From Marinoscillum sp. (GTDB lineage Bacteria > Bacteroidota > Bacteroidia > Cytophagales > MED-G16), in assembly GCA_038125345.1 (NCBI GenBank), contig JAYPDR010000005.1, positions 1 to 33,193 of the forward strand: a stretch of DNA of 33,193 bases, in the 5' to 3' direction. Numbering within the stretch: position 1 is the stretch's first letter; each line of letters opens with the position of its first letter. Both the position numbers and the translations under genes were made by a program. Below are positions 1 through 8,377 of the stretch, in pieces. The notes under the pieces are model-generated. The model was not told the DNA's origin and did no database searches. It saw only the letters and a program-made list of their open reading frames with translations.

Positions 1-139
1 TGGTGATCCTATAGCTATAGCATTAGGTTTCTTTAGAACAAATTTCTATTTGGTTAGTATTTATATGTTGATTGGTAAAGTTACAAGATATGTAATTTGG
101 GCACTAATAACTTATTGGGGTGTTTCGCTATTTAATTAG
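1..139 (+). CDS. YqaA-family (DedA/VTT-like) membrane protein, 3' end only
   Basis: Not in the ORF track. The frame from base 2 reads GDPIAIALGFFRTNFYLVSIYMLIGKVTRYVIWALITYWGVSLFN* (TAG 137-139), matching the YqaA C-terminal pattern GDP...G..R......GK..RY. Confidence 0.8.
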   Translation, partial: GDPIAIALGFFRTNFYLVSIYMLIGKVTRYVIWALITYWGVSLFN

Positions 140-147
140 AGAATTCT

Positions 148-155
148 TAACTTCG
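148..155 (+). promoter_or_regulatory. Bacteroidota sigma-70 -7 element (TAACTTCG) for thrB
   Basis: One-mismatch variant of TAnnTTTG ending 5 nt before the thrB ATG. Confidence 0.5.
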
Positions 156-160
156 ATAAT

Positions 161-1090
161 ATGAAAAAAATTAAAATTTTTTCTCCAGCAACAGTATCTA
201 ATGTAGCTTGTGGATTTGATATTTTAGGTTTTCCTATTGAATCATTAGGTGATGAGATGACTATTTCAAAGTCTGATAATTTGGGAGTTAGAATTACTAA
301 GGTGGATGGTTACTCTGTTCCATTAGATCCTAAAAAAAATGTTGCTACTGTATCTGCAGAGCATTTAATTAAAGATCTCAAACCGAACTGTGGATTTGAT
401 ATTGAGATTAAAAAAAATATAATACCAGGTAGTGGTATTGGAAGTAGTGGTTCAAATGCTGCTGGCAGTGTTTTTGGTATTAATAAACTACTTGGAGATC
501 CACTAACAAAAAAACAACTTATTAAATATGCAATGAAGGGTGAGGCTATTTCTAGTTTAACTGAGCATCCAGATAATGTTGCTCCAGCCTTATTAGGAGG
601 GTTAGTAATGGTTAAGTCAATGGAGGAAGAAAATGTAATTTCTCTCCCTATACCAAGAGATTTATTTTGTTTTGTTATAAATCCTAAAATTGAGGTGAAG
701 ACATCATATTCAAGAGAGATTTTACCTAGTGAAGTTGAGTTAACTTTAATGACTAAGCAAGTTGCTAATTTTGGTGCTTTGGTACATGCTCTTCACACTT
801 CAAATTATGATCTTCTTAGATCTTCATTAGTTGACTATGTTATAGAAAAACATAGAAAGAAATTAATTCCTTCTTTCGATAATGTTCAAAAAAAATGTTT
901 AGAGTTAGGTGCTTTAGGTTGTTCAATCTCTGGTTCCGGTCCCTCAATTTTTGCTCTTACAAAAGGAGAGGATGATGCCATAAAAATTAATACTGAAGTT
1001 ACCAGAATTTACAAAGAAACAAATATTGATTTTTCTACTTATGTCTCTAAAATTAGTTCAGACGGAATAAAAATCATTGACTCTATTTAA
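161..1090 (+). CDS. thrB: Homoserine kinase
   Basis: PATVSNVACGFDILG, GHMP motif PGSGIGSSGS, HPDNVAPALLGG, ISGSGPS; coupled to thrC. Confidence 0.96.
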   Translation: MKKIKIFSPATVSNVACGFDILGFPIESLGDEMTISKSDNLGVRITKVDGYSVPLDPKKNVATVSAEHLIKDLKPNCGFDIEIKKNIIPGSGIGSSGSNAAGSVFGINKLLGDPLTKKQLIKYAMKGEAISSLTEHPDNVAPALLGGLVMVKSMEEENVISLPIPRDLFCFVINPKIEVKTSYSREILPSEVELTLMTKQVANFGALVHALHTSNYDLLRSSLVDYVIEKHRKKLIPSFDNVQKKCLELGALGCSISGSGPSIFALTKGEDDAIKINTEVTRIYKETNIDFSTYVSKISSDGIKIIDSI

Positions 1091-2394
1091 TGAATTACTT
1101 TAGCCTTATTAATAAAAATCACAAGGTAAACTTTAAAGAAGCACTATTTAATGGTTTAGCTCCTGATAGAGGATTATACTTTCCCCAAGAAATTAAATCT
1201 CTAAAAAAATCCTTTATATCAAATTTAAATGACTACAATAAAATAGAAATTTCTATGGAGGTTATCTCTCAATTTATAGGGAATCAAATTGATGAGGAAT
1301 CTTTAAAAAAAATAATTGAGCACTCTATTGATTTTGAATTTCCCCTAAAAAAAATTGATGAAAATATTTCAGTTCTTGAGTTGTTCCATGGTCCTTCAAT
1401 GGCTTTTAAAGATGTTGGTGCAAGATTTACCTCTCGTTGTTTGAGTCATTTTATTAGAAAAGGTTATGATAAGAAAGTCACAGTTTTAGTTGCAACTTCT
1501 GGTGATACTGGAGCAGCTGTAGCAAGTGGTTTTCATAAAGTAGAGGGTATAGATGTTTTTATTTTATATCCAAAAAATAAAATATCAAATATCCAAGAGA
1601 AGCAAATTGCAACCTTTTCAGATAATATTTTTCCAATAGAAATTGAAGGCACATTTGATGATTGTCAAAAAATAGTTAAGGATGCTTTAATTGATAAAGA
1701 TTTAATTTCAAATTTTAATTTTACTACAGCTAATTCAATAAACATATCAAGATGGATACCGCAGACATTGTATTACTTCTTTGCTTTTAATCAGTTGCCA
1801 TCTACAATAGAAAAATCTTCATTCTCTATCCCCTCAGGTAATTATGGCAACTTATTCTCTGCAATAGTTTCTAAAAAATTAGGTCTTCCTATTGAAAAAA
1901 TTATTTCATCAAATAATATTAATAATCCAGTAGAGAGGTATTTTAATTCTGGAGTTTATACTCCAGTTAAATCAAAAGAAACTTTATCTAACGCAATGGA
2001 TGTAGGGAATCCTAGTAATTTTAATAGAATAAATGAGATTTTTGATTTTGATTTAGAGAAAATGAAGGATACAATTAAAGCATATAGTTTTACAGATTTT
2101 GAGACAGAGGATACTATAAAATATCTTTACAAGAAGTTTAATTATCTCTGTGACCCTCACGGAGCAATCGGGTATCTAGGAGCAAAAAAATATAATAATT
2201 ATAATTTAGGTTCTCATTGTATTTTTTTAGAGACAGCTCATTTTTATAAGTTTTATGATGAGATAAAAAGCTTTTTAGAGATAGACTCTAAGGTTCCTTT
2301 ACAATTACAAAAAATTTTATTAAAAGATAAAAAATCAATTTTAATTAGTAGTTATGATAATTTCAAAGAATATATATGTAGCCATGGAAAATAA
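1090..2394 (+). CDS. thrC: Threonine synthase
   Basis: GLAPDRGLYFP, ELFHGPSMAFKD (PLP lysine), ATSGDTGAA, NSINISR, PSGNYGN, ETAH. Confidence 0.96.
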   Translation: MNYFSLINKNHKVNFKEALFNGLAPDRGLYFPQEIKSLKKSFISNLNDYNKIEISMEVISQFIGNQIDEESLKKIIEHSIDFEFPLKKIDENISVLELFHGPSMAFKDVGARFTSRCLSHFIRKGYDKKVTVLVATSGDTGAAVASGFHKVEGIDVFILYPKNKISNIQEKQIATFSDNIFPIEIEGTFDDCQKIVKDALIDKDLISNFNFTTANSINISRWIPQTLYYFFAFNQLPSTIEKSSFSIPSGNYGNLFSAIVSKKLGLPIEKIISSNNINNPVERYFNSGVYTPVKSKETLSNAMDVGNPSNFNRINEIFDFDLEKMKDTIKAYSFTDFETEDTIKYLYKKFNYLCDPHGAIGYLGAKKYNNYNLGSHCIFLETAHFYKFYDEIKSFLEIDSKVPLQLQKILLKDKKSILISSYDNFKEYICSHGK

Positions 2395-2425
2395 TAAAAC
2401 ATAAACTAAATAATTGATTTTTATA

Positions 2426-2433
2426 TATTTTTG
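2426..2433 (+). promoter_or_regulatory. Bacteroidota -7 promoter element TATTTTTG
   Basis: Exact TAnnTTTG consensus 25 nt upstream of ATG 2459; supports 2459 as the true start. Confidence 0.6.
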
Positions 2434-2458
2434 TCCACTTAAACAAATTATTAAGAAT

Positions 2459-3235
2459 ATGAAAAATTTAATTTTTGTTATTTCTATAATGTTTATTTAT
2501 GGATGTAACACGAATCCTAATTACGAAAGGAATTTAGCAACTGCAAAAAAAATGTTTGAATTACATGGTAAAGAAGATATTGATGGTCAGTTAGCTCTTA
2601 TTAGTGATAAAATTGAGTCTAATACTTCTTTTTATGGTTCTGAAACTGCTGGTTATGATCAGTATGTTAATATGTTAAAAGGATATCATGCAGCATTCGA
2701 TGATGTTAATTATACTGCTGATATTTGGTTACCAGGAACTGATTCTCTTGGAAATTTAGATGGTAGTGTAAGGACTTATGGAAATTGGACAGGTGTAAAC
2801 GTGGCAACTGGAAAGGTTCTTGATCTTCATGGTTACTGGTATATGAATTTTGATGATGAAGGAAAGATAATTGCTCAAGGAGATTATTTTGACTTTGGAG
2901 GAATGATTAATGCAGTGTACCCAAAAAACCTAGTTTTTGCTCAAATTGATGTTAAAAAGGGTAAAAAAGAAGAAATAATTAATTTATTAAAATCTGAGAG
3001 AGGTATTCCTACTACTGTAGCTTATGAGGGAGCAATAAGATATGAGATGGCATTTAACGATGACACATATACTGTTCATCTAGTTGGAGAATGGGAAAGC
3101 TATGAGAAATATGGTGAATATTTAAATTGGAGAATGACTGAGGATGATTTTATACAACAAATGATTCCTTTAATGGTAGGTGGTGCTAACGGACTAAAGG
3201 TTTTACAACCAAATTCAAGCTACTATTCATTCTAA
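2459..3235 (+). CDS. Lipoprotein with N-terminal NTF2/SnoaL-like domain and C-terminal ABM (antibiotic biosynthesis monooxygenase)-like domain
   Basis: MKNLIFVISIMFIYGC lipoprotein signal. WLPGTD..G.LDGSVRTYGNWTG...FDDEGKI..QGDYFD is the flavobacterial NTF2/SnoaL pattern. IDVKKGKKEE...AYEGAIRYE...GEWESYEKYGEYLNWR is ABM-like. Confidence 0.7.
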   Translation: MKNLIFVISIMFIYGCNTNPNYERNLATAKKMFELHGKEDIDGQLALISDKIESNTSFYGSETAGYDQYVNMLKGYHAAFDDVNYTADIWLPGTDSLGNLDGSVRTYGNWTGVNVATGKVLDLHGYWYMNFDDEGKIIAQGDYFDFGGMINAVYPKNLVFAQIDVKKGKKEEIINLLKSERGIPTTVAYEGAIRYEMAFNDDTYTVHLVGEWESYEKYGEYLNWRMTEDDFIQQMIPLMVGGANGLKVLQPNSSYYSF

Positions 3236-3255
3236 TCATTTAATAGAATATATCT

Positions 3256-3283
3256 AAAAAGGGGCAGATTTGCCCCTTTTTTT
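3256..3283 (+). terminator. Rho-independent terminator (possibly bidirectional)
   Basis: AAAAAGGGGCA-GATT-TGCCCCTTTTTTT: GC-rich stem with U tract, 20 nt after the stop at 3235. Confidence 0.9.
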
Positions 3284-3365
3284 ATTAATTAATATTGATC
3301 GTAAAATAATTATCTCATTTAAAGCAAAAAAAACAATAAAGAATAAATAACGTTTTAATTCATAT

Positions 3366-3383
3366 AACATAAATATTTATGTT
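3366..3383. promoter_or_regulatory. Perfect 18-bp palindrome, candidate operator
   Basis: AACATAAAT|ATTTATGTT, ending 3 nt before ATG 3387. Confidence 0.4.
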
Positions 3384-3386
3384 TAA

Positions 3387-4247
3387 ATGAACACAATAGA
3401 TATACTTTTTGAAAAAGTTTTCTCTAAACAAATTCAAAAGCAATTTGAGAAATTTATATTAATTCTAGCTGCAAGTGGATTTTTAATTCATCTTTTCTTA
3501 ATTTTTTTAAATACATATGGTATTATAGAAATTAATGTTGGTAGAGAATTACTAAATAACCCGATATCTGCTTTATATACTCCCTTTTCTTTCATTTTAG
3601 TTTATGAGGCTTTTTTACTCATATATTATTTGCCCAATTCATTTACAGTCTCTGTAGTTAAGGGATATGAGATAATATCATTGGTGCTGATTAGAAAAAT
3701 ATTTAAAGATGTACCTATGGTTGATTTAAGTAATGATTTTTTATCAAATCAGGCAAATATTCAATTCATTTATGATCTTGTAGGTTTCGTAATTGTATTT
3801 TTTCTAATTTATTTATTTAAAACTACTGCTGGTAAACCCAAAACTCACAAAATAGATAATAAGCTCAAGAAATTTATAATTCAAAAAAAAACAATATCAA
3901 TCCTTCTTGTTCCAGTTCTATTAGTTTTAGCAAGTCTTAGTTTTTATGATTGGGTTAATAGCTTATACGTTGGAAGTCAGACTAATATTGATTTTTTATT
4001 TTTTGTTGACTTTTTCACTATACTAATTTTAATTGATGTCCTTCTATTACTAATATCATTTAGGTACACAGAGAGATACTCGCAGCTTATTAGAAACACA
4101 GGATTTATAATATCAACAATTATGCTTAGATTATCCTTTGCTGCAACTGGTTTAACTAGTATTATTCTCCTAATTGCTGGTATTTTATTTGGTGTAGTAA
4201 TTTTAGCTATCTTTAAAAAAATGGAGAAGATAAATTATTTGGGGTAG
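3387..4247 (+). CDS. Conserved hypothetical polytopic membrane protein
   Basis: About 7-8 hydrophobic segments; motifs NPISALYTPFSFIL.YE, YEIISLVLIRKIFKD, YSQLIRNTGFIIST. Confidence 0.8.
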   Translation: MNTIDILFEKVFSKQIQKQFEKFILILAASGFLIHLFLIFLNTYGIIEINVGRELLNNPISALYTPFSFILVYEAFLLIYYLPNSFTVSVVKGYEIISLVLIRKIFKDVPMVDLSNDFLSNQANIQFIYDLVGFVIVFFLIYLFKTTAGKPKTHKIDNKLKKFIIQKKTISILLVPVLLVLASLSFYDWVNSLYVGSQTNIDFLFFVDFFTILILIDVLLLLISFRYTERYSQLIRNTGFIISTIMLRLSFAATGLTSIILLIAGILFGVVILAIFKKMEKINYLG

Positions 4248-4303
4248 AAATTTAATACTAATATTACCTTCAGTTCATTAACAATATTTTATTTTTGTTT
4301 TAA

Positions 4304-5677
4304 ATGAAAAACATTATCCTATTATTTTGTCTTATATTTTTTTATAATGATACACTTTCACAGCGTGTCTATAAAAAACCTGAATTTGTTAAAAATTGGA
4401 GTGAACCAACTAAACACCCTGACCACATTGTATTAAATTTTTCAGAAAACCCTGCTACATCAATCAGTGTAACTTGGAGAACCTCTAAGGAAATTAAAGA
4501 TGGATACGGAGAGATTGCTTTAGCTGACCCAAATCCTGCATTTATAAGTACAGCTAATACTATAAAAGCTGTAACTAGTTCATTTGTTCATAATGATGTA
4601 GTTGGAGTTCAGGATTATCAGAATCCTAAAAAAACTACTTTTAACTCATATAATCATAACTATCATTCTGTAACATTTAAAAATCTTAAACCTAATACAC
4701 TTTATGGGTATAGAGTTGGTGACGGAAATATATGGAGCGAATGGATCCAGTTCAAGACAGCTTCTGACAAGAGTGATCCATTTTCTTTTCTCTATGTGGG
4801 GGATGCTCAAAATTATATTCTGGAGTTATGGTCAAGATTAATTAGAGAAGGATATAAAAAAGCTCCTGATGCTAGATTTATAATTCATGCTGGTGATTTG
4901 GTAAATAATGCCCACGAAGACCATCAGTGGCATGAGTGGTTCCTTGCTGGTGGTTGGATACATAGGTCATTACCTTCTTTATCTATACCTGGAAATCATG
5001 AGTATATGCCGTTTGTACAAGAAGATATTGATAATAACGTTTCAAGACTTTCGGTTCAGTGGAATTCTCAATTCACATTACCTCAAAACGGAGTTGAGGG
5101 TATTAAAGAAACTAATTACTATATAGACTACCAGGGAGTAAGGTTTATAGCATTGAATAGTAATCTAATGATTGAAGAGCAAACTGTTTGGTTAGAGTCT
5201 GTTTTAAATAATAACCCTAATAAGTGGACTATTGCAACATATCATCATCCTATCTTTTCGGCTTCAAGAGGAAGGGATAATGAAGATTTAAGAAACTCAT
5301 GGAAGCCTTTATTTGATAAGTATAATGTAGATTTAGCTCTTCAGGGTCATGATCATACTTATACCAGAGGAAGGGTTGAACCATATGAAGCTAATATCGT
5401 TGAGGGAGAAAATGTAGTTGATGCTACTGGGACAGTTTATGTTGTATCTGTCTCAGGAGGTAAAATGTATAAAGTTAAGCCTGGTTGGCAAGAGTATGGT
5501 GCATTGAGAGATAAGGTTGGTGAAAATAAGCAACTTTTTCAGGTTATTTCAATAGATGAGAATAAACTCTCTTATAAGTCATATACAGCTACTGGAGAAT
5601 TATTTGATGCTTTTGATTTAATAAAAAACAACAATGGAGTAAATTCTTTTGTAGAAAGAAAGAATGAAGCTCTCTAA
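4304..5677 (+). CDS. Secreted purple-acid-phosphatase-type metallophosphoesterase with FN3-like N-terminal domain
   Basis: Signal peptide; FN3 pattern HSVTFKNLKPNTLYGYRVG; metallophosphoesterase motifs GDAQ, GDLV, GNHE, HHP, GHDH. Confidence 0.9.
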   Translation: MKNIILLFCLIFFYNDTLSQRVYKKPEFVKNWSEPTKHPDHIVLNFSENPATSISVTWRTSKEIKDGYGEIALADPNPAFISTANTIKAVTSSFVHNDVVGVQDYQNPKKTTFNSYNHNYHSVTFKNLKPNTLYGYRVGDGNIWSEWIQFKTASDKSDPFSFLYVGDAQNYILELWSRLIREGYKKAPDARFIIHAGDLVNNAHEDHQWHEWFLAGGWIHRSLPSLSIPGNHEYMPFVQEDIDNNVSRLSVQWNSQFTLPQNGVEGIKETNYYIDYQGVRFIALNSNLMIEEQTVWLESVLNNNPNKWTIATYHHPIFSASRGRDNEDLRNSWKPLFDKYNVDLALQGHDHTYTRGRVEPYEANIVEGENVVDATGTVYVVSVSGGKMYKVKPGWQEYGALRDKVGENKQLFQVISIDENKLSYKSYTATGELFDAFDLIKNNNGVNSFVERKNEAL

Positions 5678-6537
5678 TCTATAACAGGGATAGATTCAGC
5701 ACCACCAAATTGAGTGGTTGATAAAGCAGCAGCCTTACTGGCTCTTTCAAGACTATCTTTTATTGTCATGTTTTTTGCTCTACTAGCAATAAAATATCCT
5801 ATAAATGTGTCACCAGCCCCAGTTGTATCAACAGATTTAACTGGAAAAGCTTTAACTGTAATTTTGTTTTTTTTGTATGAGTATAATGATCCTTTTTTAC
5901 CTAGAGTTAAAATGATTTCAGTGTTCTTAAATTTTTCATTCAAAATTTTCAAAATTTTTGAAGGTTTTTTTTCTCCAGTTAAGCCTTCACCCTCAATTTT
6001 ATTTACAATAAGTGTTGAAACTTTTTCCAAATTGTAGTTATGAATACTATTATCAAAAGGGGCTGGATTAAAAATAATATTCATTTTTTTAGAATGAGCG
6101 ATTTTAATAATCTCATTAATTAAATTAGTTTCATTTTGAACCAATAATAAATCTCCCTCATTAAACTTTTCAACAGTTGATGAAATAAAATTTAAGTTAA
6201 AATCATAATTTGCTCCACTATTTATAAGTATAGAATTTTCACCATTTTTTTCAACTTGAATTATTGCATGACCTGTTGGATTATCACTTAAAATTATATT
6301 TTGAATATCAACTCCCCATTCTTTTAGTTTATCAAGAATGAAAGTATCATTTTTATTTATTATACCAGCATGATATATTTTATGTCCTCCTTTTGAAACA
6401 GCTACACTTTGGTTGAGTCCTTTCCCACCAATTTTTACAGATAAATTTTTTGATGAAATTGTTTCTCCTGGTTTGACTATATTTTTAACTGAATAAAAAA
6501 AGTCTTTATTTATAGAGCCAATATTTAAGATCTTCAT
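5674..6537 (-). CDS. rbsK: Ribokinase (PfkB family)
   Basis: GSINKD, GGKGLNQSVA, PTGHAIIQV, QNE, NPAP, TLGKKG, DTTGAGDTF. Confidence 0.9.
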   Translation of the reverse strand: MKILNIGSINKDFFYSVKNIVKPGETISSKNLSVKIGGKGLNQSVAVSKGGHKIYHAGIINKNDTFILDKLKEWGVDIQNIILSDNPTGHAIIQVEKNGENSILINSGANYDFNLNFISSTVEKFNEGDLLLVQNETNLINEIIKIAHSKKMNIIFNPAPFDNSIHNYNLEKVSTLIVNKIEGEGLTGEKKPSKILKILNEKFKNTEIILTLGKKGSLYSYKKNKITVKAFPVKSVDTTGAGDTFIGYFIASRAKNMTIKDSLERASKAAALSTTQFGGAESIPVID

Positions 6538-6541
6538 GTGT

Positions 6542-7450
6542 CTATACTAGACTTTTTTTAAGAATATTCAAAAAATTAGATCTGGATAATTGAGCAGCTA
6601 ACTGAATATTGCCTTTTTCATTATAATTTATAATATCTTTTCCTCTCTCTACTCCATCTTTAATTATTGAAATATTACAATTTTTATAAATTACTTGAGA
6701 ATCATTTATCATTACAGACATTGCTAGTGGATCAGCTAAATCAATTTTATATTCATTATAATGCTTAATATAATATTCAAGGCCTCTTCTTTGAATATTA
6801 ATTGCGAAATTGGAAACAACGGTATTTATTTTACTTAATTCTTGAAAATTTGATTTATCAAGGAATCCATAGGATTGTGTTGTGTCCCAAGCAACAATTT
6901 TAATTTTAAGATTAGAATTTAATACAATTTCAGCTGCGTCTGGATCAACCCAAAAATTAAATTCTGCAAATTCAGTTATGTTTCCTTTTCCTTCTCCAAC
7001 GCCACCCATAACATAAAGAGTTTTAATTTTTTTAATGATGGATGGGTCTTTTATAAAAGCCTTTGCAATGTTGGTAAGTGGACCTATTCCAATAATTTCA
7101 ATTTCGTTTGGAAAGTCATTTACTAATGAAATTATTAAGTCTATCGCATTTTTTTTTTCGGCTTTGCTAGATGGAATATATGGGCCTGTATCACCTAATC
7201 CATCTTTACCATGAAAAAACTTAGATGTTTGTAACTTTCTTTTTAAGGGATGACTTTCTCCTTTGAATACTGGTATATTTTTCTTGCAAAGCTCACAGAC
7301 GTACAGTGCGTTATTAGTGGCAAGTTCTACATCTACATTTCCAGCCACTGTTGTAATTGCTTTTACATCAAAGTTTTTGTTTTTTAGAGCCATTATTATA
7401 GCTATAGCATCATCAGTAGCGGTATCTGTATCTATAATTATATTTCTCAA
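6542..7450 (-). CDS. Inosine/uridine-preferring nucleoside hydrolase
   Basis: N-terminal DTDTATDD, AGN, HGKDGLG, GPLTN, MGG, AEFNFWVDPDAA; TTG start; 4 nt from rbsK. Confidence 0.9.
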   Translation of the reverse strand: MRNIIIDTDTATDDAIAIIMALKNKNFDVKAITTVAGNVDVELATNNALYVCELCKKNIPVFKGESHPLKRKLQTSKFFHGKDGLGDTGPYIPSSKAEKKNAIDLIISLVNDFPNEIEIIGIGPLTNIAKAFIKDPSIIKKIKTLYVMGGVGEGKGNITEFAEFNFWVDPDAAEIVLNSNLKIKIVAWDTTQSYGFLDKSNFQELSKINTVVSNFAINIQRRGLEYYIKHYNEYKIDLADPLAMSVMINDSQVIYKNCNISIIKDGVERGKDIINYNEKGNIQLAAQLSRSNFLNILKKSLV

Positions 7451-7454
7451 AAGA

Positions 7455-7638
7455 TTATTTTACTATTACAACTTTCATCTTATCGACTTCTTTATCCGAT
7501 ACTATCTCTAAGATATATATTCCACTATTTAGATTAGTTGTCGTTACCTGTAGAAGAAGATACATAGACAACATCATTTTGTGAGAAAATTTCTAAAGAA
7601 ATAAGAAAAAAATTTAGAAAAATTATAACAGATTTCAA
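7455..7638 (-). pseudogene. Internally deleted remnant of a T9SS-secreted protein (signal peptide fused out of frame to a type-A C-terminal sorting domain tail)
   Basis: 7638..7534 (TTG start) reads MKSVIIFLNFFLISLEIFSQNDVVYVSSSTGNDN*. A second frame ending at 7455 reads ...TTNLNSGIYILEIVSDKEVDKMKVVIVK*. Confidence 0.75.
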
Positions 7639-7663
7639 ATTCTTATCTTTTAAAAAAAAGAGA

Positions 7664-7999
7664 TTATTTTTTTCTTGCTTCTATAAAGCTTTTAATAAAA
7701 AAAACCATAGCGTATGCAGAGGAACATAACATAATTATTATTCTTAAAGCAGCTTCAGATCTTCCATCAGCAAGTGCACCACGTAAAGGCATAATATTGG
7801 CAAAAGATAAAAGAGTAACTAAAACAGCTATATGAGCAATAGTTTTATTACTATTTTTGACACCTTTGTTTATAAGAATAAGAATTGCACCTATCCCTAC
7901 TGGAATAAATGAAGTAGGTGAACCAGAATCGATGTACCCCCAAATTCCTATTGTAACTAAAATAATTCCGTTTATTAAACTTGCTGTATGTGCTTTCAT
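7664..7999 (-). CDS. Small four-helix membrane protein (TMEM14-like hypothetical)
   Basis: GIWGY...SPTSFIP.GIG, IAHIAVLVTLL, C-terminal FIKSFIEARK. Confidence 0.75.
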   Translation of the reverse strand: MKAHTASLINGIILVTIGIWGYIDSGSPTSFIPVGIGAILILINKGVKNSNKTIAHIAVLVTLLSFANIMPLRGALADGRSEAALRIIIMLCSSAYAMVFFIKSFIEARKK

Positions 8000-8124
8000 T
8001 TTCTTTTTCGATTATCTACAATATCATTTAACTCTTTAGCTGTTATTATAATCCAAATTATAAAGGAGATAGAGACAATACCTGCCCAAATGAAAATAAA
8101 TTCTTTAGTAAGTAATTCAGACAT
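7996..8124 (-). CDS. 42-aa single-TM small protein
   Basis: Not in the ORF track. MSELLTKEFIFIWAGIVSISFIIWIIITAKELNDIVDNRKRK*; ATGA overlap with the next gene; fills the intergenic gap. Confidence 0.7.
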   Translation of the reverse strand: MSELLTKEFIFIWAGIVSISFIIWIIITAKELNDIVDNRKRK

Positions 8125-8137
8125 AGTTTAGTTTACT

Positions 8138-8326
8138 CTATTCACCTTTTTTCTTTTGATTAATTATCAAAATAAAAAGTAAAATAGTTGGTGCCCATAA
8201 ACCTAGAAATACAGCCTTTAGTGGTTCATCATTGAAAAAAAATAATTCAGAAACCACTATTGTCATTAACACTAACAATAAAAGTACAATTTCTAGTGGC
8301 TTAAAAAGCTTTATAAACTTAAACAT
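8138..8326 (-). CDS. 62-aa two-TM small membrane protein
   Basis: Two hydrophobic helices with VSE and FLGLWAPT motifs; lies directly downstream of cry-DASH. Confidence 0.75.
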   Translation of the reverse strand: MFKFIKLFKPLEIVLLLLVLMTIVVSELFFFNDEPLKAVFLGLWAPTILLFILIINQKKKGE

Positions 8327-8377
8327 TTCTACTTAATTTTTACTATAGAATATTTTCTATTTATTTTAACTTATACT

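Noticed and set aside
2414-2458. Longer TTG start for the SnoaL-ABM gene
   Set aside because: Covers the TAnnTTTG promoter motif; ATG 2459 gives a clean lipoprotein signal.
4908-7511. ORF-track entries 4908..5126, 5714..6037 and 7263..7511
   Set aside because: Alternate-frame or antisense shadows of the phosphatase, ribokinase and nucleoside hydrolase genes; no motifs.
7455-7577. 40-aa ORF MMLSMYLLLQVTTTNLNSG... as a real small gene
   Set aside because: Its N-terminal part is the out-of-frame reading of the signal-peptide remnant; better explained as part of the pseudogene.
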